From assembly GCA_029261055.1 (NCBI GenBank), contig JAJDCA010000071.1:89778-153777 (forward strand): a DNA stretch of 64,000 bases, in the 5' to 3' direction. Positions 10,240-20,181 of this stretch are shown here, piece after piece (position 1 is the first letter of the stretch; every line of letters starts with the position of its first letter). The position numbers were made by a program, and so were the translations under genes. A model generated the notes under the pieces. The model was not told where the DNA came from, searched no databases, and saw only the letters and a program-made list of their open reading frames with translations. Origin of the DNA: Candidatus Omnitrophota bacterium (lineage in GTDB: Bacteria; Omnitrophota; Gorgyraeia; Zapsychrales; Zapsychraceae).

Positions 10240-13200
10240 ATGAACATCGCTATTCAAAAACAACGTACAAATTTATTTTATCGCCTCTTGTCCGCCTTTG
10301 TGGCTATGGCATTCTTAGTCACAACCATTGTGCCGACTGGTTTTGCCCAGGGCGTTATTCCATCCAGCCCTGCAACCACCCTGAACTTACCTATTCCCGG
10401 AACTATGGTAGGCATGAGTGAAGGGTTTACACCAGCGATGGTCAAGGGGCTGACAATCCACCCTGAAAATCCACTTTTGTTTGACTTTATTGTGGGAACA
10501 GGAGATACAAACTTAGATGGGGAGGCATTAAAGGAAGAATCGCGAAAATTAATTAAATATTTCCTTGCTTCTTTAACCGTGCCGGAGCAGGAAATGTGGG
10601 TTAACCTCAGCCCCTATGAAGCCGACCGCATTATTCCGGGAGGCTTGGGAGATACGGAGATGGGTCGGGATATGTTGGCTCAGGATTACCTGCTCAAACA
10701 ACTCACATCATCGCTGATGTATCCGGAGGACGAACTTGGCGAAGCATTTTGGGAACGGGTGCATGAAAGGGCTTACGAAGAATTTGGGACGACCGATATC
10801 CCGATGAATACGTTTAACAAAATCTGGATCGTGCCGGAAAAGGCTGTTGTTTACGAACATGAAGAAGATGCCAGCGCCTATGTGGTGGAGAGTCATCTGA
10901 AAGTGATGTTAGAGGAAGATTACGAAGCGTTGAACAAAAATAAAATCAACGCTGAGTCCCGAGCGACCCTCGATAATGATTCGTTGCGAGGGATTTCCAC
11001 GGAAATCATCCGTCAAATCCTTATCCCCGAAATCGAGCGTGAAGTCAATCAAGGCAAGACATTCGCCAATCTCCGCCAAATTTTCAACTCTATGATCCTG
11101 GCCACGTGGTACAAACAGAATTTAAAGCAAAGCCTTTTAGGGCAGGTGTATGTCGATCAAAACAAGACTAAGGGGGTCGACACGCAAGACAAAGCGGTCA
11201 CACAGAAAATTTATGATCAGTATATCGAAGCCTTTCGCAAAGGTGTTTATGATTACATTCGGGAAGATTACGATCCTGCCACCCAACAGATTATCCCACG
11301 CAAATATTTCTCAGGTGGGATTAAGGCCAATTTGGCTATGCTGGTTAAGCTTCAGACCATTAAGCCCGGGAATGATGTTTCCGTAGGAAATTTAGAAAAT
11401 TTGTTTTATGGGAACGAAGATACTTACAAACTTAGAACTGAGGTAACAGATTTAGGAATGGCATCAGAACCAATGGAGGTCATTAATAAAGCGGTTAAAA
11501 AAATCTCAGAATTGACAATTGAAAGTACGAAAAAAAGTGCTGGCCGTTTTAAAAGAAAGTTTGGAAAATTTAAAAAACAGGTTGTCTTTGCGTCAATCAT
11601 GACTGTCTTGTTTTTAGGATACATTCCCCTTTCATTGTACGCAAAAACATTTACTCAAGAAGAAGTGACGTCAAAATTTGCGCAGGGCATTTTAAGTCTT
11701 TCAGATCCTAATACGCGTATTCCTCCAAGTCATTTCGGCCATCCTGGATACGAAAATTTATCTTTTCTTTATGACCAAAGTATTAATCCTATGCTTCTGA
11801 AGGTCGCTGGTGATCAAGAAGAGGCAGAATATATAATTGATTATTTTACGCAAAGATTACATATCCCTTTAAGCGAAGTGATCAAGAATGCCAATTTAGA
11901 TGGAATATATGGGATATTAAAAACTTTAGAAGGGAATAAGGGCAGGAGTGAATTTGTTGTCAGTTTAATCAATGCTGTCGACCGTACGTCAACAAAACGT
12001 CAGGGACAGGGGTTGTTGGAATATTTGACAACCCCAGGGCCTATGTCTTTTATGATTCTTTCCATGATCAACGTTAATCCGGCAAAATATTTGACGGACG
12101 CTGTAACATTAGGTGAAGTTTTATTGTCTATGCGAAGATTTGACGGAGCTGTGATAGATGGTGATCGTTGGCCGAATAGAGTTCATACAGAACCCCATAT
12201 GGATGCCTTCGCTGCGTTTCTACAATTGTATCAGCTGACCCGTCAAAAACGATGGCTAGTGGCAGCTGAGCACGCCTATCAATGGTTTGAAACGAATGTT
12301 TATCATCCAGGCAAAGGTGAAATTTACCAGGGGATATGGGAAACAGGGCCAAGTACCATTTTTGCCACGGATGCGTATTCCTGGACAATGGCGGGACCCG
12401 CCGGAGATAGAATGTTTCTTGGAGATTTAGAAATATTTACAAATACAATGCTCACGAAAAGCCTTACACAGGTGACTTTAGAACTTCCCGATGGACAAAC
12501 AAAAACAATAATACTCGTTGATTTTACAGACCCGGGAAACGTGCACATGAAGATTACGGACCCTGATGCGCCTCAAGGTATGGTCGAGCGCGGAGGTTTT
12601 CATCCGATGGGCTCCATGGAATGGACCGGCGGGGTGATTCTGGCCTTACAAAAGAATGCCGTCCGGTTTTGGAATTCTGGCAAAGCGCATCATCAAGAAA
12701 CAGCCCAATTTTATAAAGGCTTGGCCGAACTTCTTATCAAAGAGTCCCTTCAGGGATTTTATGAGTTGGAAGGATTAGAAGGTTTGCTAACCTTTTATGC
12801 GACGGGACAGGGTGTGCCTGTAGGTCATGGCTGGGACACTCCTTTTTATAATGTTAATGGTAAATCCGGTCAAACTATCCGAGGAGGGAGCCCTGTTGGG
12901 GGTTGGCCGATATTACCTATGAACGGAGTGAATCCTTTCATTTTTAATGACAATTACAAAAAAGATTACGATAAGATTTCCATGAATACAGAGGCAAAGC
13001 AAAAGGCCCAAAAATATGTAAATAAAATAGTGGCGAATCGTTTTTTTCGAGAGAGTGTTCCCACAGAGACCCCGGAAGCAGCGACTCAAATTGTGGAACC
13101 GGGAAATTTTAATCTTCAAATGTGGGGGGCATTTAATAGAGGAGATTATCGAGAGGCCATTCGTTGGGCGGAAAAAGTGGTGGGTGATCCTGAATGGGTT

Positions 13201-16200
13201 CGTTTGGCGCAAAGGGATCAAAAACACAAAGCACAGAATATTGGAGGACTTGTGCGTTATAGATGGGGGGTATCACCAAGCCTAGTTCCCCAAGCAGAAT
13301 CCGCTATTTGGCGGTATCCACTCTTAAACGAGATGGGGGCGGCGATGTGGGGTCTGGCCGCTTCGCATTATGAATTAGGGAATACAAAAGAAGTTAAGAA
13401 ATGGATGCGCCGTATTATTGAGGAAATTCCATATCATCAGATTTACGCCCCCAGTGGCCCTGGGTATTGGAACGCCCTGATTTCCTGGCAATATAATCCG
13501 GGAGGACATCATCGAGATAGGAAGATGGGTGTTATTTATAAACAGGTTTTAAGCGAGATGGGCCTACGTTCTGCAGCCCCCAAAGAAGTTTCGGTTCGGG
13601 GAAAGGCATTTACTTCATCATCGAAAGATACGCAAAGGGAATCAGGTATTGAAGAAAGAGTTACGCCGCCTCATCCAAAGCTTTCTTCAGATGGATCTAA
13701 AATAGATCGAGAAATTATTTCTTATCTCCAACAGCTCACGATTGCTGATCCTCATGCAGCTAAAAATAGCCGTTCATTTAAAAGAATTGAAAATATGGGA
13801 GAGGAGGCCGTTCCTTCATTGATCAGGATTGTCCAAAAGCATGAAGTCGAAGGTGACCCGCTTAAATGGGCAGCATATCTATTGGGCGTTATTGGTGATG
13901 AAAAGGTTAGGCCGGTTATTGAAAGCATTATTAATGATTCTTCTTATCCTTGGTATGTCCACACAGAAGCAAGAAATGGGCTTAATATTTTGAAACAAAA
14001 ATATCAAGGTCAAAAGGGAGGAGACCTTGATTCTGTTGAGCCCGGAGTTGATCAAAAGGTTGTTTCTTATCTTGAACAACTGACAATTCCCGATCCTAAC
14101 GCGGCTAAGTATAGTCAGCCATTTCGGGCCATTGTAAATATGGGAGAAAAGGCTGTTCCTACGTTGATCAGGGTTGTCCAAAATCGTGAAATTGTAGGTG
14201 ACCCGCTTAAGTGGGCGGCATATTTGTTGGGGGTTATAGGAGATGAAGAAGTTGAGCCAGTTCTTCAGAGGGTTATTAATGATTCTTCTTATCCTTGGTA
14301 TGTCCAAACAGAAGCAAAGAATGGATTACGGGTATTAAACCGCAGGCTTGATAATTCCATGATGGGTATGTCCCTTCGACAGAAACTAACTTTTGTCATT
14401 GCATGGTTTCTGGTTCTATTCTCTCCGGATAATGTATCGTCTTCAAATTTGTTTGAGTCTTTACACGCAAAGAGAGCTAAGGATATTCGTGAAGAATTTC
14501 CTTACACAAAAAAGGAGTTTGAGGCAATTGTGCAGGAGGTGATGAAAGCTATTGAGAGAAAATATGTTACAGGCGCAGGGAGTAATGTAGGCATATCGAG
14601 AGTTGAAGAGAAAAGAGGGGACTTTAAATCATGGGTCATCAAACAAATTCTTTTGGTATCGGAAGGGGAAGGTGGAAAGGGGGTGGATGGAGAAAAAGAG
14701 AGTGAATCGGAAGGATATAAATCTATGTCCGATAAAGTAGAACGTATTCGTACACTGATTAAAGATGGAGAATATCAAGATGTGATTAATATTTTTGATA
14801 ATCGCTCCTCGTCCCGGTATTCTAAAAAAGGTGATGATCCTAGTATTGATGAATTATTAGAATTTGCTCCGGATCTTGTTTTAGAGTTACTGAGAAATTA
14901 TTTTGATCAAACCGTCGAATTAATTTTACGTAAAGCAGATCATGGGAATGCGATAAGTGAATTTATTAGTAGTCTGATAGAAAAGCCTGAAGGAATTCCT
15001 TTTGCCATAGATATTATACAATATCTTAAGAACAAATTTAAATTGCTGAAGAAGGTAAATGGAAGTTATCCTGTACCCGATAAGGAACCAGTTATAGTTA
15101 TGCAGAAAGGTGAGCAATTATATTCTGAGACGATTCAAAATATATTGAAGAATTTATTTTATAAAAGTAAAATAATGGGAAGTTTACAGGGAGCAAGCCA
15201 GGAATTTTATAATGCCTTGGGCAAGGAATTTGGAACAGATTGGGTGTCTTTGTGGGAGGCAAAGGTTTTGCAACCTCAGTTGAACCGTGACATTGAACAA
15301 ATGAAATTAGCGATTGCAGATACCAATTCGCAAATCTCAACTAAATTATCAACGATCGCGAAAGAATTGATTGTAGTTCCAACGGAGGTTGGGAGTAAGT
15401 TTGATAATCGGAAAGAGATGCTGGATAAGAATTTGGGAGAAATAAAACAAAATTTAAATTCTTTAAGTACGGCCTTACGCAATCAGAGCGATAAAATATT
15501 CGAAGTAACTGAGTTGAATAAGTTTGCTAACCGTGCTGATTTGCTTATTCCGTGGTTGCATGCTTATAGAGTTAATTATTATTTAAGTGGACCTATTTTT
15601 TTGGACACTTATATGAGTAATTTTTCGGAAATACGCGGGAAATTCATGCACAGGGCTTTTGAATTGAGAGAATTTGCAAGGCAAAGAGGCATTCTTGCAG
15701 ATATCGCATCATATTATATTTTTATAGAAAAGGAGATTTCTGAGTTAATAGAATTATCAAGGGATGGGAAAGATTTTGATAAAAATTCCATAACACACAG
15801 TGAGTTCTTGAAAAAAATCGGTTTAGCATATTATGAGTTTTGGGAAATAAAGGGGGAGAATAATTATTTAGGTCTTGCCGAGGATTATAAAAATCAGTTT
15901 TATGATAGGCTAGAAGAAGAAACAGGAAAGCATTATGAGAGGTTGGATGTGATTGAATTTTATGCATCTTTACAAGAAGGTTCAGATGAGCTGGGAATCC
16001 TGGCAGGGAGATTGAAAGATGATCGTGTGCAAAGTATTAAAAAAGTTTTTACTTCGGGACTTCCTCCTGTTTTTGCTGCATCGCTTGAGATCGTTAGTTA
16101 TGACCCAGAGAAAACATTGAAAGAAATAAAAGCTATTGCTGAAAAAATATTAAAAAATTACGCAATGGTGAGTAAGAAAAGTATTAAAAATTATTTGGAA

Positions 16201-16905
16201 ACAGAGGGATATGATAATCTTTTAATGTGGTTAAGGAATATCAAGAATGATAGACAACGCCCAAGGTTTATTCATGGTAGCAATACGAAAAATGTAACAA
16301 AATTATTAGAATGGTATTTTGCGCGTGAAGAATGGGAGCTCAGTAAAGAACATAAAGATGGAAACAAGGAAAAGATTTTTGAGAAGTATAAAGATATCAT
16401 TAATGATTTGGATCCTTTTAGTAAGCTGAGAATGGAGATAGTTGGGGTGTTAAAGAAAATGGGGATTAATGATTCTAATTTTATGGAACATAGAGAGTAT
16501 ATATTAGAAGTGGCGAAATCTATTCATGATGCGAGAAATGCATCGCAAGATACTGATGAGGCCATGATGGTCAATAAAGAAAATTTTGGCGGTATCAACC
16601 TTGACCCTGCCATGTTGGACTTACAAATTAAACGCGATGGCAAGGGGGTGCCGTTGCCGGTGGGGGATCAGGATTTTTCCATGATGCACATTCAAGGATT
16701 TTTGCCGATTATTATTAATGTGACGCCAGTTTCGCTGCCGGCCCTGCTTGGCTTTGTGGATACTTTACCTGGCGAACAGACGGGTTTGCCTGTGGCGAGC
16801 TCTGGTGGATTAGTGGGTGATGTTAGCTTGTGGCTTGAGGATTGGAATAGGTTCTTGCTGCGGCAGGATGACGACATTTCTGTATTAAGCCTTCGATATG
16901 GTTAA
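10240..16905 (+). CDS. Giant multidomain protein (2221 aa) of unknown function
   Basis: Uninterrupted 6.6-kb ORF. Predicted signal peptide or anchor (LLSAFVAMAFLVTTIVPTGFAQG), a TM helix near aa 445-465, two ~115-aa tandem HEAT-like repeats, and a long K/E-rich C-terminal half. The N-terminal ~320 aa and C-terminal ~100 aa are paralogous to ORF 24209-27634. Confidence 0.9.
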   Translation: MNIAIQKQRTNLFYRLLSAFVAMAFLVTTIVPTGFAQGVIPSSPATTLNLPIPGTMVGMSEGFTPAMVKGLTIHPENPLLFDFIVGTGDTNLDGEALKEESRKLIKYFLASLTVPEQEMWVNLSPYEADRIIPGGLGDTEMGRDMLAQDYLLKQLTSSLMYPEDELGEAFWERVHERAYEEFGTTDIPMNTFNKIWIVPEKAVVYEHEEDASAYVVESHLKVMLEEDYEALNKNKINAESRATLDNDSLRGISTEIIRQILIPEIEREVNQGKTFANLRQIFNSMILATWYKQNLKQSLLGQVYVDQNKTKGVDTQDKAVTQKIYDQYIEAFRKGVYDYIREDYDPATQQIIPRKYFSGGIKANLAMLVKLQTIKPGNDVSVGNLENLFYGNEDTYKLRTEVTDLGMASEPMEVINKAVKKISELTIESTKKSAGRFKRKFGKFKKQVVFASIMTVLFLGYIPLSLYAKTFTQEEVTSKFAQGILSLSDPNTRIPPSHFGHPGYENLSFLYDQSINPMLLKVAGDQEEAEYIIDYFTQRLHIPLSEVIKNANLDGIYGILKTLEGNKGRSEFVVSLINAVDRTSTKRQGQGLLEYLTTPGPMSFMILSMINVNPAKYLTDAVTLGEVLLSMRRFDGAVIDGDRWPNRVHTEPHMDAFAAFLQLYQLTRQKRWLVAAEHAYQWFETNVYHPGKGEIYQGIWETGPSTIFATDAYSWTMAGPAGDRMFLGDLEIFTNTMLTKSLTQVTLELPDGQTKTIILVDFTDPGNVHMKITDPDAPQGMVERGGFHPMGSMEWTGGVILALQKNAVRFWNSGKAHHQETAQFYKGLAELLIKESLQGFYELEGLEGLLTFYATGQGVPVGHGWDTPFYNVNGKSGQTIRGGSPVGGWPILPMNGVNPFIFNDNYKKDYDKISMNTEAKQKAQKYVNKIVANRFFRESVPTETPEAATQIVEPGNFNLQMWGAFNRGDYREAIRWAEKVVGDPEWVRLAQRDQKHKAQNIGGLVRYRWGVSPSLVPQAESAIWRYPLLNEMGAAMWGLAASHYELGNTKEVKKWMRRIIEEIPYHQIYAPSGPGYWNALISWQYNPGGHHRDRKMGVIYKQVLSEMGLRSAAPKEVSVRGKAFTSSSKDTQRESGIEERVTPPHPKLSSDGSKIDREIISYLQQLTIADPHAAKNSRSFKRIENMGEEAVPSLIRIVQKHEVEGDPLKWAAYLLGVIGDEKVRPVIESIINDSSYPWYVHTEARNGLNILKQKYQGQKGGDLDSVEPGVDQKVVSYLEQLTIPDPNAAKYSQPFRAIVNMGEKAVPTLIRVVQNREIVGDPLKWAAYLLGVIGDEEVEPVLQRVINDSSYPWYVQTEAKNGLRVLNRRLDNSMMGMSLRQKLTFVIAWFLVLFSPDNVSSSNLFESLHAKRAKDIREEFPYTKKEFEAIVQEVMKAIERKYVTGAGSNVGISRVEEKRGDFKSWVIKQILLVSEGEGGKGVDGEKESESEGYKSMSDKVERIRTLIKDGEYQDVINIFDNRSSSRYSKKGDDPSIDELLEFAPDLVLELLRNYFDQTVELILRKADHGNAISEFISSLIEKPEGIPFAIDIIQYLKNKFKLLKKVNGSYPVPDKEPVIVMQKGEQLYSETIQNILKNLFYKSKIMGSLQGASQEFYNALGKEFGTDWVSLWEAKVLQPQLNRDIEQMKLAIADTNSQISTKLSTIAKELIVVPTEVGSKFDNRKEMLDKNLGEIKQNLNSLSTALRNQSDKIFEVTELNKFANRADLLIPWLHAYRVNYYLSGPIFLDTYMSNFSEIRGKFMHRAFELREFARQRGILADIASYYIFIEKEISELIELSRDGKDFDKNSITHSEFLKKIGLAYYEFWEIKGENNYLGLAEDYKNQFYDRLEEETGKHYERLDVIEFYASLQEGSDELGILAGRLKDDRVQSIKKVFTSGLPPVFAASLEIVSYDPEKTLKEIKAIAEKILKNYAMVSKKSIKNYLETEGYDNLLMWLRNIKNDRQRPRFIHGSNTKNVTKLLEWYFAREEWELSKEHKDGNKEKIFEKYKDIINDLDPFSKLRMEIVGVLKKMGINDSNFMEHREYILEVAKSIHDARNASQDTDEAMMVNKENFGGINLDPAMLDLQIKRDGKGVPLPVGDQDFSMMHIQGFLPIIINVTPVSLPALLGFVDTLPGEQTGLPVASSGGLVGDVSLWLEDWNRFLLRQDDDISVLSLRYG
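13720..14345 (+). repeat. 345-bp (115-aa) tandem repeat inside the giant ORF encoding HEAT-like units
   Basis: SYLQQLTIADPHAAKNSRSFKRIENMGEEAVPSLIRIVQ...GDPLKWAAYLLGVIGDEKV...SSYPWYVHTEARNGL is repeated as SYLEQLTIPDPNAAKYSQPFRAIVNMGEKAVPTLIRVVQ...WYVQTEAKNGL. The second copy is partial. Confidence 0.85.
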
Positions 16906-17062
16906 TAAAAGTCGCGTAAGCGTATATCATTGAGCCTGTTCCAAGCGTTGATGTTTTACAGACAATATTTCTATTTTATTTTTTACAAATTTTTTTTCAC
17001 GTTGGCAAAAATAACGGCAGAATAGGTCCCGCCGCATTAAATCATTTTTTACGTTAATATAT

Positions 17063-17092
17063 CTTGAACCTTAAGGTTTTTAAGGTACAATA
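17063..17092 (+). promoter_or_regulatory. Sigma70-like promoter upstream of the ROK kinase gene
   Basis: TTGAAC, 16-17-nt spacer, TACAAT; ends about 10 nt before the ATG region. Confidence 0.4.
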
Positions 17093-17098
17093 TCAGTT

Positions 17099-18025
17099 AT
17101 GAAAAAATATACTTTAGGTATTGATGTGGGGGGGACTAATATCAAGCTGGGATTGGTTAGTTCTGTTGGAAAGGTTGTTTCCAGAACTTGTTTAGATACA
17201 AGCAGTTTTAAGTCTAATAAGAATAAATTTATCCAGGGGATTGCTTTAGCTGCAGATGAATTAATGGAAGAAACCAAAATAAATCGGAAGGATATTTTGG
17301 GAGTGGGGGTTGGATTGCCAGGGCTTGTTGATCCAGTTAAAGGTGTGGTTAATTTTTTACCGAATATTTCAGGTTGGAAGAATATTCCATTCAAGAAACT
17401 TCTCCAAGATGAGCTCAAAATTCCTACCGTTATTGATAATGACGTTAACCTTGTTACTTTAGGCGAATGGCAATTCGGCGCCGGAAAAGGGTACAAAAAT
17501 TTTGTCTGTATAACATTAGGTACAGGAGTAGGAAGTGGTTTGGTATTAAATAATGATTTATACCGAGGAGAAGGAAACGTGGCTGGCGAATTAGGGCATA
17601 TACCCATTAATGAAAAAGGGCCTAAGTGTTCATGCGGAGGATGGGGTTGTTTTGAAAGTTATGTGGGTAATCAATATCTTATAGAAAAGGGATCAAAGAT
17701 ATTCAAAAATAAAAACATACAGTTGGAAGATGTTTTTAATTTGGCGAATCATGACAATGTGCGGGCTGTTCAATTTTGGGATGAAGTGGCTACGCATACA
17801 GGCAATGTTTTGGTTGGCATTATAAATTTGCTAAATCCAAGGTTGATTATCATTGGAGGCGGTGTTTCCAATAGTTATAAATATTTGGGTGCTACGATTA
17901 ATAAAATTGTCAAACAACGTGCTATGAAAATTCCAGCTTCTATGGTCAAAATTGTTAAGGCTAAATTAGGTGATGATGCCGGTCTTATTGGGGCTCATGT
18001 CTTGGTTAAGGAACGTAGTCGTTGA
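17099..18025 (+). CDS. ROK-family sugar kinase (glucokinase-like)
   Basis: N-terminal LGIDVGGTNIKLGLV ATPase motif and the ROK zinc motif CSCGGWGCFE. Confidence 0.85.
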   Translation: MKKYTLGIDVGGTNIKLGLVSSVGKVVSRTCLDTSSFKSNKNKFIQGIALAADELMEETKINRKDILGVGVGLPGLVDPVKGVVNFLPNISGWKNIPFKKLLQDELKIPTVIDNDVNLVTLGEWQFGAGKGYKNFVCITLGTGVGSGLVLNNDLYRGEGNVAGELGHIPINEKGPKCSCGGWGCFESYVGNQYLIEKGSKIFKNKNIQLEDVFNLANHDNVRAVQFWDEVATHTGNVLVGIINLLNPRLIIIGGGVSNSYKYLGATINKIVKQRAMKIPASMVKIVKAKLGDDAGLIGAHVLVKERSR

Positions 18026-20160
18026 ATATTAAATTTTCCCATAAAATATTAATTCTTAGTATTTTTTTAATGTCTTTTACTCTTCTTTGGCCTTTAACGA
18101 TTAAGGCTGAAGAGGAGCAAGGGCCAAAGACTTCGGTTGAACTTAACGGAGATGTCATTGAATATTCCGTTGAGGGCAATAAGATGATAGCCTCAGGAAA
18201 TGTGATTATTGTCCATAAAGGGACAACACTTACGTGCGATAAAGTGGAGTTCTTTCAAGATTCTCAAATGGCTAATGCTTTCGGGAATGTCCGTTTAAAG
18301 ACAGCGACAGGTGAAATAAGCGGAGACCAGTTAAGTTATAATTTTGGGTCGATGACAGGGGATTTTTCCGGCGCAAGGATTGTGGCCAAGCCTTATTATG
18401 GTGAAGGAAAAACAGTTTCCAAAGTTGACGAAAATAAGCTTGCGATAGATGTCAGTTCCGTGACAACCTGTGATTTAGATAAGCCGCATTATAAATTAGC
18501 CTCAAAGAAAATGGATGTTTACCCGGGGGATAAGATGGTTGCCCGGAATGTACGTTTACTCATCGGAAAAATCCCTTTTTTGTATCTCCCTCGTTTTACA
18601 CATAGCTTAAAGAAGAAAAAGCCTATTTTTCTTTTTACACCGGGGCATGATAAAGAATGGGGAAATTTCCTTCTTACGGCCTGGAATCATCAATTCAATG
18701 AATATATCGATTTAACCCTTCATTTAGATTATCGAACACAATTAGACCTGGCGTCAGGGTTTGATGTGGCGTATAAAACACCTAAAAACGGTAGCGGAAT
18801 TTTGCGCACCTATTACACTAACGAACGACGGCTTCAAAATAAAGATAACCTCATTGGAGAGCGCACAGCGCCTACCAAGGAGCGGGAACGATTTAAAATT
18901 GAATGGCGGCATAAGTGGAATATTGATAAAAAAACCAGCGCCATTATGCAGTATTATAAGTTGAGTGATAGTGAGTTTTTGAGAGATTTCTTTGAACGAG
19001 AAAATGAGGAGGATGTTTCCCCCAACACTTTTTTTCTATTAACACGCGCATTACCCAAAGCCACGTTAAGTTTTCGTACGGACGTACGTGTCAATCGGTT
19101 TGAATCGGCTGTAGAACGTTTGCCAGAGGTTCGTTTTGATTTAGCTAATCAACAATTGTGGAATACGGGGTTGTATCTTAAGAATACAACAACGTATTCG
19201 AATTTAACGAAAAAGACACCATCGCCGAGTGAAATTAGACAAAACACAATGCGTTTGCATATTAATAGTGAACTATCTTATCCCAAAAAAGTTGGGATTA
19301 TCGAATTTAAGCCTTTTGTCGGAGGCAGTCACACCTATTACAGTAAAACCAAGGAAATAGATAAGTATGATTCTATCCGGGGGGCATTTAGGACAGGAGC
19401 TAGTTTAAGTACAAAGTTTTTTAGAGTGTTTGATGTCAAATCAAATGTGTGGGGCTTGGATATTGATCGTTTAAGGCATATTATTACGCCAAGCATTGAT
19501 TATGGTTTTTCGGCTGACCCAACGATTCCAAATTCCGTTTTAGATTCTTTTGACAGTATTGATTCGATAACTAAAAGTCACAAAATTATATTTTCTTTGG
19601 AAAATAAATTGCAGACAAAGAGAAATGATAAAAGTGTGGATCTTTTACGGGCAATCATTAGTACACCCTTTAATTTAAAAGAAGATGCTGCTAAGGGTGG
19701 TTTTGGCGCTATTAGTACAGATATTGATTTTCGTCCCACCGAGTGGTTAACCTTGTATTTTGATTCAAGTTATGATACAAAGGCTGATCATTTAAGCACG
19801 GCTAATTTTGATTTGTACATCAATGGGGGGGAGAAATGGTCATGGCAGTTAGGAAAGCGATATAATCGGGATGCAGACGATCAAGTTACTTCTTTAGTGA
19901 AGTACAAATTAAATCAGAAATGGGCGTTGAGTATGTATGACCGTTTTGACATTGATGTTGCGACCCTCAAAGAGCAGGAATACATTATTACGCGTGATTT
20001 GCATGCTTGGGAGATGGATATAAGTTTTAATCAAACGCGAGGGCGAGGCAATGAGCTTTTATTGGTATTTAGGCTTAAGGCGTTTCCAGATATAGGTTTT
20101 GATGTAGGGTCAAGTTTTAATAAGCGAAAAGCAGGATCACAAAGTGTGATTGGAAAATAA
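18022..20160 (+). CDS. lptD: LPS-assembly outer membrane protein LptD (OstA family)
   Basis: Signal peptide, an OstA/LptA-like N-terminal beta-jellyroll (GNVIIVHKGTTLTCDKVEF...ANAFGNVRL) and a ~550-aa C-terminal beta-barrel region rich in alternating aromatic residues. TTG start overlaps the ROK gene stop. Confidence 0.75.
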   Translation: MNIKFSHKILILSIFLMSFTLLWPLTIKAEEEQGPKTSVELNGDVIEYSVEGNKMIASGNVIIVHKGTTLTCDKVEFFQDSQMANAFGNVRLKTATGEISGDQLSYNFGSMTGDFSGARIVAKPYYGEGKTVSKVDENKLAIDVSSVTTCDLDKPHYKLASKKMDVYPGDKMVARNVRLLIGKIPFLYLPRFTHSLKKKKPIFLFTPGHDKEWGNFLLTAWNHQFNEYIDLTLHLDYRTQLDLASGFDVAYKTPKNGSGILRTYYTNERRLQNKDNLIGERTAPTKERERFKIEWRHKWNIDKKTSAIMQYYKLSDSEFLRDFFERENEEDVSPNTFFLLTRALPKATLSFRTDVRVNRFESAVERLPEVRFDLANQQLWNTGLYLKNTTTYSNLTKKTPSPSEIRQNTMRLHINSELSYPKKVGIIEFKPFVGGSHTYYSKTKEIDKYDSIRGAFRTGASLSTKFFRVFDVKSNVWGLDIDRLRHIITPSIDYGFSADPTIPNSVLDSFDSIDSITKSHKIIFSLENKLQTKRNDKSVDLLRAIISTPFNLKEDAAKGGFGAISTDIDFRPTEWLTLYFDSSYDTKADHLSTANFDLYINGGEKWSWQLGKRYNRDADDQVTSLVKYKLNQKWALSMYDRFDIDVATLKEQEYIITRDLHAWEMDISFNQTRGRGNELLLVFRLKAFPDIGFDVGSSFNKRKAGSQSVIGK

Positions 20161-20181
20161 GAGAGAAAGGATTATTCTAAA

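Noticed and set aside
12100-13500. (alpha/alpha)6-barrel glycoside-hydrolase-like or LanC-like region in giant ORF 1
   Set aside because: Only vague compositional resemblance (W/Y/G-rich stretches such as DAYSWTMAGPAG and GHGWDTPFY). No catalytic signature could be pinned down by eye. It needs a profile search before any claim.
13879-14307. 142-aa minus-strand ORF (and many other 60-100-aa antisense ORFs listed in the track)
   Set aside because: They lie entirely antisense within well-supported long CDSs. Their internal repetition simply mirrors the sense-strand tandem repeat. They have no RBS or domain signal.
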